A stretch of 64,000 nucleotides of DNA from an uncultured archaeon (GCA_964347045.1 CAYFXC010000002.1:1-64000); one strand, 5' to 3'; shown: positions 49,045 to 59,903, numbered from the stretch's first letter. Notes: generated by a model not told the origin, from the letters alone. Numbers and translations are program-made.

Positions 49045-50514
49045 CTAGCTAATTTTTGCTTGAAGAACGTCATTAACGGTAAACACTTCAAGCACGTTAG
49101 TTTTTCCTGGAACTAATGCAGAGGCTCTGACTACTACAATTCGTTCCTCGGCTTTGACAATCCCATTTTTATGAAGTTGTGTTATCGCCAGTTGGAGTAG
49201 CGCATCCAGATTTTCACGTTGTTGAAGGAGTATGCTTTCGGTACCCCAAAGTAATTTCATCTGTCGCTGAACTCTAATATTAGGTGTACATGCAATAATT
49301 CGGACAGGTGGACGATATTTTGAGACCATGCGAGCGGAATACCCACCCATGGTGAAAACTAGAACTATTTGAACATCCAGATTTTTTGCATGAGAACGAA
49401 CTGAGCGACCCAGTTCTTCTGCAATCAAGTGTTTTCCTGAATCATAGTAGGTCGATTTCCGTTGGGGAAATGAGGGAATTACTTGTCTCCCGATTGTTTC
49501 CATAACCCTAACCGCGGCAACTGGATGACGGCCAACTGCTGTTTCAGCTGAAAGCATTACTGCATCGGCACCATCTAATATTGCATTTGCGACATCACTT
49601 GTTTCCGCACGGGTGGGGCGAGGATTTCGAACCATGGATTCAAGCATCTGGGTGGCAACTATGACTGGTTTTCCTACTTTGTTACATTTGTGGATCATAT
49701 CTTTTTGAAGAAGTGGTACTTGTTCGGGAGGTATTTCCACCCCAAGATCACCGCGTGCTACCATGATTCCATAACTAGCTTCAAGGATGGCACCAAAATT
49801 TTCAATAGCCATTATATGTTCGATTTTCGAGATGATTGGAGTGTCTTTGCCTTCACTGTGCAAGAATGCTTGAACTTTTTCGACTTCATTTTTCTGTTTG
49901 ACAGCAGATATTGCTACAAATTCGGGATCTAGTTCAGCGATGAACTTTAGATGATTAATATCTTGAGGTGTGGGCACCGTCATACCTAAATCAATACCCG
50001 GAACGTTCACACCTTTTTCACTGCTAATTTCTCCACCTGTAACGACTGTGCTGTGGATCTCCGAACCCCTAATTTGGTCAACCCTGAGTTCAACTAAACC
50101 GTCATTAACAAATATACTTTGACCTGGTTGAATTAGCTTCGGAAGCGTTACTAATGATATAGAAACTCGAGCCGCATCGCCTATAACTGACTGGGTAGTC
50201 AAGGTTATTTGATCACCATCAGTTAAATCAAAGGGCGTTTCAACTTTACCAATTCGTACTCTCGGACCTTCGAGATCCATAAGAATAGGATTATTTGGGA
50301 GGTGCTTGCGAATTCGTTCGAAGCGGATTCGATGTTTTTCCAATGTTCCATGGGAGAGATTCAACCGTATGACATCCATACCTGCCTTCGCCATGTTCAT
50401 TAATTTCTCTGTGCTTTCACTGGCCGGACCAATGGTACAGACAATTTTGGAGCGGGTGGGAATCTTTCCGTGCTTCACCTTTCCACCACACCTTAAGACA
50501 TTGTTGAACACCAT
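49045..50514 (-). CDS. pyk: Pyruvate kinase
   Basis: KIVCTIGPAS, RLNLSHG, MVARGDLGVE, ATQMLESM, DAVMLSAETA. The true start is probably GTG near 50478. Confidence 0.96.
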   Translation of the reverse strand: MVFNNVLRCGGKVKHGKIPTRSKIVCTIGPASESTEKLMNMAKAGMDVIRLNLSHGTLEKHRIRFERIRKHLPNNPILMDLEGPRVRIGKVETPFDLTDGDQITLTTQSVIGDAARVSISLVTLPKLIQPGQSIFVNDGLVELRVDQIRGSEIHSTVVTGGEISSEKGVNVPGIDLGMTVPTPQDINHLKFIAELDPEFVAISAVKQKNEVEKVQAFLHSEGKDTPIISKIEHIMAIENFGAILEASYGIMVARGDLGVEIPPEQVPLLQKDMIHKCNKVGKPVIVATQMLESMVRNPRPTRAETSDVANAILDGADAVMLSAETAVGRHPVAAVRVMETIGRQVIPSFPQRKSTYYDSGKHLIAEELGRSVRSHAKNLDVQIVLVFTMGGYSARMVSKYRPPVRIIACTPNIRVQRQMKLLWGTESILLQQRENLDALLQLAITQLHKNGIVKAEERIVVVRASALVPGKTNVLEVFTVNDVLQAKIS

Positions 50515-50636
50515 TTCTGCAACCTAATTAGTGTTACTGCTCTACTGATTCTCAGAGATTGGATGATTTAGGAAAAACCATAGCACCTTCGTGATGTTTA
50601 TAACTCATCTCTTTACAGAGGAACAACTGAGCCAAA

Positions 50637-50921
50637 ATGTATGTGACGATTCGTTACCTCAGCGTCATCCGAGATATCACGGGAACTCGTGAAGAAATAA
50701 TCGAAGTTGATAAGGGGGTAACCGTTGAAGAAGTACTAAAAATTCTTTCTAAAAAATATGGCAAGGCTTTTCAACGAATGATTCGTTCCGGTCGCGACAT
50801 TCGAGGTTTACAAATCATTTATTTTGTTGATGGGAAAAACATCACGAATTTAGAAGGGTTTAAGACAACGGTTCATAACCAAAGCGAACTCGTTATCATT
50901 CCACCAGTTGCCGGTGGATAG
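50637..50921 (+). CDS. MoaD/ThiS/SAMP beta-grasp protein
   Basis: 94 aa ending IIPPVAGG. Confidence 0.9.
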   Translation: MYVTIRYLSVIRDITGTREEIIEVDKGVTVEEVLKILSKKYGKAFQRMIRSGRDIRGLQIIYFVDGKNITNLEGFKTTVHNQSELVIIPPVAGG

Positions 50922-50926
50922 TTAGA

Positions 50927-51871
50927 TTACACGAGTTTTCCTGGATCGCTGTAATGTTGTGGATTAGGATGAACCTCATCGATTAGACTTGCCTCGAAAA
51001 CCTCATTTTCTGAAAGTGGTCGTTCTATGTAACCCATTTCTTGAAGCACGGGATTGAAAGCTAGTGTGGAGTTGATATATTCAGAAGGAAGGCTTGCACA
51101 ATACTTAGGTGAAATTTGAAAAACTTGTATAAGGAAATTAGTATCCACAATTGAAATTTCTCTCTCCGCAATAGAAGCAGCTTTAACAGGATCTTCTCGC
51201 ATGAGGTTACAAGCATCTTCGTGTATCTGTAAAAATCCCCGAATAAGGTCTGGCTGATTAACAATCATTTCTTTTTTAGCAATGATACCATAACTTGGAT
51301 TATAGGGCCATATTTCACTGGGAGGTAATATTAGCGGGGCATCTAAGTATTTGGCTGCGAGGACAGCTAATGGAGGTGTACCACACCCAGCATCGACTTT
51401 TTTATCCTCCATCGCTTCAAGAATAAAATCAGCCCAAACAAAATTTTCAATTATGATTGAATCTGAGAGCCCAGCATCGGTAACTAGTTTTCGAATAATA
51501 ACGTCATGAATTGAGCCTCGAGAGGGCGTGCCAATCTTCTTCCCTTGGAATTGATGTAAGGTTGCTTCAATCGATCCGATTTCTTGAATCGTCTGATATC
51601 CAGCAAGCCCAGTTAGCACAGTTCCTTCGACGTGGCCTCCACCGATACATTGGATATCCAATCCCTGCTCCATACCAATCATCGCAGGAGGCAGACCAAT
51701 ATATCCAATGTCTAAATGTCCTTTTTTAAAGGCCTGCACCATCGCAGGTCCCGTGGGAAAGAGCTGCCATTTAGCTTGAACCTGCATTTTGTCTTCGACC
51801 CAATGTCCGCCCATCAGAATGAAAGCCGTGTGATAAGCCGTCGACAAGTGACCAATTCGGAGGATTGTCAT
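50927..51871 (-). CDS. NitT/TauT (NMT1-like) substrate-binding protein
   Basis: LRIGHLST, FPTGPAM, DIGYIGLPP, GSIHDV. No signal peptide evident. Confidence 0.8.
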   Translation of the reverse strand: MTILRIGHLSTAYHTAFILMGGHWVEDKMQVQAKWQLFPTGPAMVQAFKKGHLDIGYIGLPPAMIGMEQGLDIQCIGGGHVEGTVLTGLAGYQTIQEIGSIEATLHQFQGKKIGTPSRGSIHDVIIRKLVTDAGLSDSIIIENFVWADFILEAMEDKKVDAGCGTPPLAVLAAKYLDAPLILPPSEIWPYNPSYGIIAKKEMIVNQPDLIRGFLQIHEDACNLMREDPVKAASIAEREISIVDTNFLIQVFQISPKYCASLPSEYINSTLAFNPVLQEMGYIERPLSENEVFEASLIDEVHPNPQHYSDPGKLV

Positions 51872-51942
51872 TGCAGTGAAACTTCTGCGTCTTGTGCCAC
51901 TTAATTATTATCCACAAGTAAGTATCGTGATCAGTACCTCGT

Positions 51943-53085
51943 TTAAAACACCCAATATCCAAGGAGCGCAAACATCCATCGCGCAATGAGTGCAATTAGG
52001 AGGATGAGATAAGTTACTGCGATATCCCAGAAGGATGACCGTTTCCTTCGGAAAGGAAGCCAGAAATACGCAAATGCAAGGAAGATTACAAAGTAGCTCG
52101 AGGTTATTAATATCCAACCCAAGATTCCGATAGTTCGATAAAATCCTAGAATTACACCAAAGAGGACGATGCCATACAAGTGATGAGCAACATATGAGAT
52201 AAGTGCAATTTGGCCGTTCATTTCAAAAAATCGGCTTGCAGAATTCCACCATTGCCATACATCTACAGAGGTGATGACACATGCGACAGCAAGGAGAGTC
52301 ATACCGGTAGAAAGAAGAAAGAAACCAGTGGTTAAAGGATATTGAGTGACAGGATCACCAAGAAGGAAGAAAGGCAGAACTAATAAACACAGAAGACTGC
52401 CAACAACGAATCCGTCATTAACAAGGCGTCGAGGATTCGGAGATTTATCAACAAATGCTTCCCCTACTATTGTGCCAATTATTGGACAGGCTAGCCATGG
52501 AAAAAGCGGAGCTTTTCCAGTAGCGATGATAGCTGAAAGATGGTCCAGCCAGGTTTGAGGTGGTGCATAGTGAATATTCCCAACAGTTCCGACAATCAAG
52601 TCATAATTTAACCATAAACGAAGAAAAGGAGCAATTATTATTAGAATTATTGGCAGGAAGACGCGATAGCGTCTGGGGAGATAAATTGTAAGTTGGGCAA
52701 CAATTAGTGATAAGCCAATGAGCTGAAGTATACTCCAATCAAGCACCCAGATGGTTCCAAACATGACTACAGAGAATAGATAGCCCAATCCCATGATGAG
52801 AATTCCACGAGAGAGTGCCCATTGCCAAATTGATTTTGTTGAGGCTCCTTTTAATCGGAATCGATGGTTTACCAAGACAACGCTAATTCCTGCAACAACA
52901 TAGAATAGTGGTGCAGGGATTATGCCAAAGAAGAGAATTAACATTGCAACTAGGGAATGGAATCCGCCGCCAACAAAGGTTTGTCCAAAGTGGTTGATAA
53001 TCATGAAAACTAAAGCAATACCGCGGAGTAGATCGACTGAAACAATTCGCTCCTCTTGTTCCACAAAAGCCTGTGTTTCACCCAT
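51943..53085 (-). CDS. DUF1624/HGSNAT-like membrane acyltransferase
   Basis: RIVSVDLLRGIALVFMIINH, ILQLIG, PLFPW. Confidence 0.8.
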   Translation of the reverse strand: MGETQAFVEQEERIVSVDLLRGIALVFMIINHFGQTFVGGGFHSLVAMLILFFGIIPAPLFYVVAGISVVLVNHRFRLKGASTKSIWQWALSRGILIMGLGYLFSVVMFGTIWVLDWSILQLIGLSLIVAQLTIYLPRRYRVFLPIILIIIAPFLRLWLNYDLIVGTVGNIHYAPPQTWLDHLSAIIATGKAPLFPWLACPIIGTIVGEAFVDKSPNPRRLVNDGFVVGSLLCLLVLPFFLLGDPVTQYPLTTGFFLLSTGMTLLAVACVITSVDVWQWWNSASRFFEMNGQIALISYVAHHLYGIVLFGVILGFYRTIGILGWILITSSYFVIFLAFAYFWLPFRRKRSSFWDIAVTYLILLIALIARWMFALLGYWVF

Positions 53086-53306
53086 AAATACTCAACCAGA
53101 TTAATAGGGGAGATATATTTTCAGAGAAGTTAGCGTTAGCCGTTCCATATAAGCGATACTAGAAACCTCTCAAGAATTCGCGAATTAATTAAAAGTCCTT
53201 GCAATGTCTCCCAAAGCCATATAACTACATAAAATTAGAGTGATTAGCCAATGGGAGGACTCCCTTTTCAGAAAGACACCCTGGCTCTTCCAGAGGGGTT
53301 TCACTC

Positions 53307-54539
53307 TTGTCTGTTCCACCAGCGGTCTGCACTTTCGTGTATCGTTTCGAACGTCCCTGTCACAAACGGGGGGAACGTTGCACCCACCCCACCGTCCCAG
53401 GTAGTCCATATTGTCGTTGGCACCAGGTCCTCCCCGACAAAGATTTACGGGGTATTGACTTCAGTGATGCAAATGAAGAACACAAACACCTTTGCGAAGC
53501 CCACCTTGTTGATGCACGATTGGATGAAGCTGTACTTTTAGAAGTACTGCTACATGATGCCAACCTCCATGGGGCATCTCTAACCAAAGCCAACTTACAG
53601 GGTGCCAATCTTTCCCAAGCCAACCTTCTTGAAGCAGATTTTTGGGGAGCAAACCTCAAAGGTGCAATCCTTTGGGGTGCAAATCTACAAGGTGCCCAGC
53701 TAATACTCACGCAGTTACAATTTGCTGATCTAATCAGAGCCAATCTTGAAAATGCCATGTTCGATGGAGCAACCTGTGAGTTTACAGATTTCCGCGGAGC
53801 GGACCTTCAACTCGCCCATTTCGAAGGAGCCCACATCACAAACTGCTATTTTGCAGGAGAATTTGGGTCAGCCCGTCTTATGCTATGCACTTTAAAAAAT
53901 GCAGATTCCCTTGATCATTTAGTAGCCAAAATGAGTCGATATGCCCTACATTCAGACTTAGGTTCAGGAGATAAACTTCGAGCTTACACCATCAACGATT
54001 ACCATATCAAACCGCGCGATCCTCGTGATATAGCTCGAGACCATCGTGTACTGAAAATTTATTTCAAACAAGAAGGACGATTAGACAGGAGTAGCAAGCA
54101 CTACTTAGATGAAATGCGATCAATGCGAAAACACTATTGGAACATGGCTTCCAACCAGAAAGCCAATAATAACGACGTAGAAAAATCATCAACAATCAAA
54201 AAAGTACGTTGGGCGGTCCGGGGGATCAACAGTAAATTATTGGACACCCTATTTGGCTATGGTGAAGAACCATCCAAGCTCATTGCTTGGACGATGTTCA
54301 CTGTCTTTTTGACGGCAATTGTTCTTTTTCTATTTGATTCATTACAGGGCATCCCAATGTCAACTCTTGTGGCTGGATTTATCACAAGCCTCGCTACCGC
54401 CCTTGTATCCTTTGCGATTGCACCTCCAATACCTGTCTGGCAGGTCCCACAATTTTGGATCGCAAGTGTTACTGCATTTATTGGTAAGTTTTTTCTAGCC
54501 CTCTTTGTGTTCATTTTAGGGCGAAAAGTTGAACGCTAA
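53307..54539 (+). CDS. Pentapeptide-repeat protein with N-terminal Cys/His cluster and C-terminal membrane domain
   Basis: A(N/D)Lxx repeats, YCRWH, GYGEEP followed by TM helices. Confidence 0.85.
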   Translation: MSVPPAVCTFVYRFERPCHKRGERCTHPTVPGSPYCRWHQVLPDKDLRGIDFSDANEEHKHLCEAHLVDARLDEAVLLEVLLHDANLHGASLTKANLQGANLSQANLLEADFWGANLKGAILWGANLQGAQLILTQLQFADLIRANLENAMFDGATCEFTDFRGADLQLAHFEGAHITNCYFAGEFGSARLMLCTLKNADSLDHLVAKMSRYALHSDLGSGDKLRAYTINDYHIKPRDPRDIARDHRVLKIYFKQEGRLDRSSKHYLDEMRSMRKHYWNMASNQKANNNDVEKSSTIKKVRWAVRGINSKLLDTLFGYGEEPSKLIAWTMFTVFLTAIVLFLFDSLQGIPMSTLVAGFITSLATALVSFAIAPPIPVWQVPQFWIASVTAFIGKFFLALFVFILGRKVER

Positions 54540-55645
54540 TGTTCAAGAGCCGGATAAATCTCTGTAGCTAGTATCCGTGAGACATCAAAATAGGTGAATG
54601 GCGCATTTCGTTTACTCGCACCATTGATAATTTCGAAACAAAAACTTCTTGCTCCAGCTTCAACATACGCCTGAATCTTCTTTCTAATTTCCTCTTGTGA
54701 TCCCGCTAAGGTAATAGATTTTATCGCGTCTTCAGGGATATCTGCGACAATGGGCAGCATTTTACTATAATCAAGCTTCGCAATATCATCGGCGTCATAA
54801 GTGAGTAAGCTAATCCGATCTGGATCAATACCCTGATTCCTGTAAATTGAAGTGTACTCGTCTTTCCAATATCCTAGATCTTTCAAAACCGATGGCTGCA
54901 AAAAGAGTTGTTCACGCAATCCGCCTAAATATTGTGAGACACGTTCTGGGTCATCATTCATAAAGACACGACCCCAAAATCCAGAGGAAAGAGTGCTAGG
55001 TTCTCGACCTACAACTTTCATATGCTGATGGATATCTTTCAAGCCTTCTCGATACGTTTTAGGTAATGCTGGAAAGGGAAACCAACCATCGCCGAGTTCA
55101 GCCGTGAGTTTTCGAGTACGCGGACCATTTCCAGCAATCCATATGGGTGGAGAGGGCTGAGTGAGTGGTTTAGGTTCAAGGACAGCTTTATCAAGCTGGA
55201 AAAACTGCCCTTGAAAACTAATTGATCCTGATTGGGTCCAGAGCAATTTCATGACTTCAATACATTCTTGCATTCGACTCACGGCATATTTTGAGTCAAA
55301 CCCATATACGGCTAGGTTCATCTTCTCCCCTGCACCCATTCCCAAAATGAATCGTCCACCTGATTGATGATCCAAAGAAACAACATTTTGAGCAAGAATT
55401 GCGGGGTGAAGGCGAATGGCATCTGTCACAGCAACTCCGAAGGACATCTCTGGCGCAAGTTCAATAAGAGCTCCTAACATCGTCCATGGTGAAAGAAACG
55501 CATCAATAGCAAAAGGAGGCATTCCCCGTAAATGATCAGGTACCCAACATGTGTTCCAATTATTCTGTTCAATCATTGTTGCGATTTTGACCTTCACCAA
55601 ATCCCAAGATTGAGAAAAAAAGAGCTGCTGACCAAATTCTATCAT
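54536..55645 (-). CDS. LLM-class (probably F420-dependent) oxidoreductase
   Basis: WVPDH, LDHQSGGRFILGMGAG, PPIWIAG.GP, GDGW. Confidence 0.88.
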   Translation of the reverse strand: MIEFGQQLFFSQSWDLVKVKIATMIEQNNWNTCWVPDHLRGMPPFAIDAFLSPWTMLGALIELAPEMSFGVAVTDAIRLHPAILAQNVVSLDHQSGGRFILGMGAGEKMNLAVYGFDSKYAVSRMQECIEVMKLLWTQSGSISFQGQFFQLDKAVLEPKPLTQPSPPIWIAGNGPRTRKLTAELGDGWFPFPALPKTYREGLKDIHQHMKVVGREPSTLSSGFWGRVFMNDDPERVSQYLGGLREQLFLQPSVLKDLGYWKDEYTSIYRNQGIDPDRISLLTYDADDIAKLDYSKMLPIVADIPEDAIKSITLAGSQEEIRKKIQAYVEAGARSFCFEIINGASKRNAPFTYFDVSRILATEIYPALEH

Positions 55646-55715
55646 TTACACCACACGTGCCAAATGGGATCTGGTCTATCTTTCATACATTTAGATTCTT
55701 ATATCTGACCACTTG

Positions 55716-55940
55716 CTAGCCAGTTTCCTTTCTTGAGGAGATAATAATTATTAGAAGTGAAACAATGACTAGCCCGATTACAACCCACCAAACCCAGCCC
55801 ATCCAAATTAAAACACCATCTACTTCAGTCCAGCCACCAAAAACAGCCATATATCCAGCCGTAGTGAGTACAATAACTATCATAAGACTGATACAAGCCA
55901 CATCAACCTTGCTGAGCCCCATCATCTTAAAACCCTCCAT
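55716..55940 (-). CDS. Small 2-TM membrane protein
   Basis: 74 aa with two hydrophobic helices. Confidence 0.5.
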   Translation of the reverse strand: MEGFKMMGLSKVDVACISLMIVIVLTTAGYMAVFGGWTEVDGVLIWMGWVWWVVIGLVIVSLLIIIISSRKETG

Positions 55941-56136
55941 TTGGAATTTTGATTAGAAAACTCTGTAAGTAGCCACAACCTCAATCAATTGAGATTAATT
56001 CGTCCAAAGTATTTTGAGAATACGACACTATAAGGTTGACGATTTTGATGAATTGGGTAACAAGCCGCACACTTAAATTACTCCAGCCGACAATGAAAAT
56101 GAAAACTTCCTGTAAATTTATCTTCTTTCTCAGTAG

Positions 56137-57204
56137 GTGAAATTTATGATTAAAACCAAACTCACCGAAATGCTCGGTTGCAAACACCCAATTATCCAAG
56201 CAGCGATGGGTCCCTTTTATACCACTAAACTTTGTGCAGCCGTCTCCAACGCTGGTGCCTTCGGTATTGTTTCACACACGAATCTACGAAACATTGACCC
56301 CATCAAAGAAATGGAAAAAAATATTCTCGATGTGGTTGAAAATACTGATGGCTCGTTCGGCGTGAACATTCGAACAGCTCGCCTTCAAATCGACTATCCT
56401 GAACTCATCAAGCTCATCCCTCGTTTGCGCAAAGAGAACAAAAAAGTGAGAGAACAACTCCGCCTAGTTATCACCTCAGCGGGGGATCCCCGTCCTGGGG
56501 CACATCATTTCAAAGACGTCGACCCCGACCTATTAGTCTTCCACGTAATTCCCGCTAAATGGCTTGCGGTCAAAGCACTAAATCCCGATTGGTTCCAGAA
56601 AAAATTCCCGGGTACGAAGGGCGTTCTTGATGGGATAGTAGCCACTGGCTACGAAGGCGGAGGCCATAACTCGTATGAAAAAGTCGCGACCACTGTCCTC
56701 ACAGCTGAAATGGTTGAACTAGCAGGTGATTTACCCGTTGTGTCCTGTGGGGGCTGGTATGATGGGAAGGGTCTTGCTGGGGCACTAGCCATGGGTGCAG
56801 TAGGCATTCAAATGGGCACTCGATTCATTGCCACAAAAGAATGCGAATTTCATGATGAGTACAAGGCACTGATTCTTCCCGCAACCGATGAAGACACTGT
56901 GATGACTACTGGAGCTTTTGGACCAATTCGATTGCTCAAGAATGAATATTCAAAGAAGCACGGGGTTCCGGTTCCCGACCGAGATGCACGAATGGCTGAA
57001 GAAGCCTCGATGACTGCCGATGATCTCCTCGATGAAATGGAGCGCTACGAACTCGTCTACAAAGGCGATGTGCAGAAAGGACCCATTTTAGTTGGTCAGA
57101 CTATCGGGGGAATCGATGATATTCCAACGGTCAAGGAAGTTGTTGACAGCATTGTCAAAGAAGCTGAGATGCGATTAAAAGACGTTTCAAAGCTTGTCAA
57201 CTAA
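56137..57204 (+). CDS. Nitronate monooxygenase / FabK-like FMN oxidoreductase
   Basis: HPIIQAAMG, AVSNAG, GYEGGGH, GIQMGTRF. Confidence 0.88.
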   Translation: MKFMIKTKLTEMLGCKHPIIQAAMGPFYTTKLCAAVSNAGAFGIVSHTNLRNIDPIKEMEKNILDVVENTDGSFGVNIRTARLQIDYPELIKLIPRLRKENKKVREQLRLVITSAGDPRPGAHHFKDVDPDLLVFHVIPAKWLAVKALNPDWFQKKFPGTKGVLDGIVATGYEGGGHNSYEKVATTVLTAEMVELAGDLPVVSCGGWYDGKGLAGALAMGAVGIQMGTRFIATKECEFHDEYKALILPATDEDTVMTTGAFGPIRLLKNEYSKKHGVPVPDRDARMAEEASMTADDLLDEMERYELVYKGDVQKGPILVGQTIGGIDDIPTVKEVVDSIVKEAEMRLKDVSKLVN

Positions 57205-57220
57205 GAATTCATTATCGCAC

Positions 57221-57245
57221 CGGGGAGCGTGGTTTATGCTCCTCG
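57221..57245 (+). terminator. Hairpin after the NMO gene
   Basis: CGGGGAGCGT-GGTTT-ATGCTCCTCG, 10-bp stem with G-U pairs. Confidence 0.4.
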
Positions 57246-57507
57246 TCTCAATTTCATTCTCATAACACCTAGGGATTATTTTTTGACTTCGTTTTGATAG
57301 CGATGAATGATAACATAAATTATGAGCTCTGAGGACTCTGAGCTCTTTCACCGACGTATTTCACCCTTCATTAAGGATTTTTGAGTTTTAGATTCCCTAA
57401 CATTTTATGAAAATGCTAATCAAATCCAAATCACTTTTAGTTTGCAGAAGGATTAAGTTCCGTGAAGCTAAGAAATTCTCGGAGTGTTAAGATTGGCGTC
57501 TGAGACT

Positions 57508-58275
57508 ATGGCAGCCACTGAAGTGGTGGTTGAAGAGGTCTTAGGAGTTACTATTACAACCATTGTTGATAATCAAGTGGCACATCCGGGATTGGGTAAT
57601 GTCCGTGGATTATCCATTCACGTTGATGTGCTTTTTCCAGGGCGTACTGAAGCTTTGCTCATGGATACTAGTGGCAGTGCCCAAGTCTTTCGTCATAATG
57701 TGCAAGCCTTAGGAATTGATTTTGCGAATCTCCGTGCAATAGTAATCACACATTTTCATCAAGATCATTTTGGAGCAATTCAACCCACGTTGGAAATGAT
57801 TCAACATAATGATCTTGTCACCTATCTCCCAGCTCACCATGATGACCTGGAAGTAACCTTGAGTATGAAAAACATCCGCCATGTGATTGCCGAAGAAGCC
57901 AATATGATTCGTTCAGGTGTATCCACGACTGGGACAATGGGCCCAAAGAAGCTCAAAGAACATGCTGTTGTAGTTAATGTAGAAAGTGTTGGTCTCGTGC
58001 TGCTAACGGGATGTGCGCATCCCAAAGTTGGACGGGCTTTCCAGGCAGCAAAAAAAGTATTTCCGGGTCGTCAGGTGCATGCAGTGATTGGTGGTTTTCA
58101 TCTGAAAACAGAAGAGGAAGGGGTCATTGTAGGTGAACTTTTCAAAAAAGAAGGTGTAAAATTAGTCTCACCATGTAATTGCACTAAAAAACCAGCGAAG
58201 GAAGCGATTCTAAGCATCGTTGGTGAAAGTGTCTATCGGGAAAATGGTTCAGGAACTACCTTCACAATTCAATAG
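57508..58275 (+). CDS. Metallo-beta-lactamase fold protein (MJ0301-like family)
   Basis: TIVDN, ITHFHQDHFG, TGCAHP, IGGFH. Confidence 0.82.
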   Translation: MAATEVVVEEVLGVTITTIVDNQVAHPGLGNVRGLSIHVDVLFPGRTEALLMDTSGSAQVFRHNVQALGIDFANLRAIVITHFHQDHFGAIQPTLEMIQHNDLVTYLPAHHDDLEVTLSMKNIRHVIAEEANMIRSGVSTTGTMGPKKLKEHAVVVNVESVGLVLLTGCAHPKVGRAFQAAKKVFPGRQVHAVIGGFHLKTEEEGVIVGELFKKEGVKLVSPCNCTKKPAKEAILSIVGESVYRENGSGTTFTIQ

Positions 58276-58281
58276 TATCTG

Positions 58282-58888
58282 CTAAAGTTGTTTCCCAAGT
58301 TCAATCCAAAACTGATTTGGATCAGTTGGAACATCAATTAAAACTGGTTTTTTCGATTTGAATGATTTTCTGAATGCTGGTTTGAGCTCCTTTGGCTCAG
58401 TTATCCGAATACCTATGCCTCCGCTATTTTCTGCAAATGCAGCAAAATCGGGCTTGAGAAATTCGGTGGCACATTTGGGGAATTTCTCAAGGACTTGTTC
58501 ATGAGAAATCATGGATAGTTCACTGTTGTTGTATACAACGACCACAACAGGGAGTTGATATTTGACTGCTGTTGTGAAGTCACCCATTAGCATGGCAAAT
58601 GCACCATCACCAGTCAAGCTCACTGTGTTTCGGTTTTGATAAGCAAAAGCCGCACCTAGTGCTCCCGCAATGGATAGACAGCCACTTAGTTCATCTGTAA
58701 GCTTAGCGTAGGCGGAGGCCATTAAAGATGCGGTTTCCTCGTGACGAACAGTGACAAATGTCACCGAACCATTAGTTCGGAGCGCTTCAACAACCCCGAG
58801 GATGCTGTGACCCGGAATTCCAAAAATTGTATTTCACCCCAGCTTTAGCCAGCTGATCAACCAGAACTTCGGAAGCTGTTTTCTCCAT
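58282..58888 (-). pseudogene. Pyruvate oxidase-like TPP enzyme remnant (frameshift plus large internal deletion)
   Basis: MEKTASEVLVDQLAKAGVKY, one extra base near 58828, then IFGIPGHS...VRHEETA...CLSIAG joined directly to ALGAAF...GDGAF...YNN. Confidence 0.85.
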
Positions 58889-58979
58889 AAAATCCCTCAG
58901 ACAAAAAGAATTTTAGAATACTTATGGCTTTTTGAGTCTAATTAATAAGTTGTAGATCCGCGTGATGCTTGGTTGAATT

Positions 58980-59903
58980 ATGAAGCCAGAACAACTCATA
59001 TTCACTACGGTGTTATTCCCTCGAAAAGAATCAGAAACCAATGCACTTCTTCTTGTGGAAAGCATTCGAACGTTTGCTGAATCTTTATCAAAAAATCCTA
59101 TATGGGTTTTAACCCCCGAATCCTCCCAAGATCTATCAAATTCAACAAAGACCCGGTTAGAAGACCTTGATGTTGAAATCATTCCATTCGCCATGGATGA
59201 ATCAAAGCTCCCATTCTTTTTTGCAGATACAATCCAAGCGATTGCCTTTGCTGAAGCATTAGCAGAAAGAGATACCTCATTACTCGCTTGGTTAGATTCG
59301 AACACTCTTGTCTTGAATGATCCCAAAGAATTTCTCTTGCCGGAAGATAAAAGTCTTGGATTTCGACCAGTGCACCACACATTAATTGGATCACGCTATA
59401 AGGATCCTCTTGATCCATTCTGGACAGAGATCTATGAATTTTATCAGGTTCCACAAGACCGCATCTTCCCAATGGTAACACATGTCGACACAACCCAAAT
59501 ACGTCCATACTTCAACGCGGGTATTCTCGTGACGCGCCCCACCAATCGACTATTTCGAATATGGCATGATACATTTTTCGAACTTTATAAGAAACCACCC
59601 TTTCAAAGATTTTATCAACAAAATAAACGATACAAAGTTTTTATCCATCAAGCAGCACTTTCCGGTGTGATTCTCTCGATGTTTCCAATGGGAGAACTTC
59701 ATGAACTTCCGAAGACCTATAATTACCCCCTCCACCTTTTTGAAGAGGACGTTTCAAATACCCGTCCAACCACGATTGAAGATCTCGTTACTGTTCGACA
59801 TGAAGGGTTTTATCGAGACCAAGACTGGCTTGATAAAATTCCTGCACAGGAATTCCTGAAGAAATGGATATCAAAAAAACTAGCAGCCAATTCATTCATG
59901 TAA
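58980..59903 (+). CDS. Hypothetical protein with GT8-like glycosyltransferase features
   Basis: WLDSNTLV (DxD-like), YFNAG, HQAALS, YNYP. Confidence 0.55.
   Translation: MKPEQLIFTTVLFPRKESETNALLLVESIRTFAESLSKNPIWVLTPESSQDLSNSTKTRLEDLDVEIIPFAMDESKLPFFFADTIQAIAFAEALAERDTSLLAWLDSNTLVLNDPKEFLLPEDKSLGFRPVHHTLIGSRYKDPLDPFWTEIYEFYQVPQDRIFPMVTHVDTTQIRPYFNAGILVTRPTNRLFRIWHDTFFELYKKPPFQRFYQQNKRYKVFIHQAALSGVILSMFPMGELHELPKTYNYPLHLFEEDVSNTRPTTIEDLVTVRHEGFYRDQDWLDKIPAQEFLKKWISKKLAANSFM

Noticed and set aside
50637-50921. Eukaryote-like ubiquitin system
   Set aside because: The sequence is MoaD/SAMP-like and no E1, E2, RING or JAB genes are adjacent.
53560-53830. DNA repeat array (GCCAAC/GCAAAT-like recurrences)
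   Set aside because: Explained by pentapeptide protein repeats; no spacer structure, so not CRISPR.
57322-57346. Short direct repeat TGAGCTCT in an intergenic region
   Set aside because: Two 8-mers only, compatible with chance.
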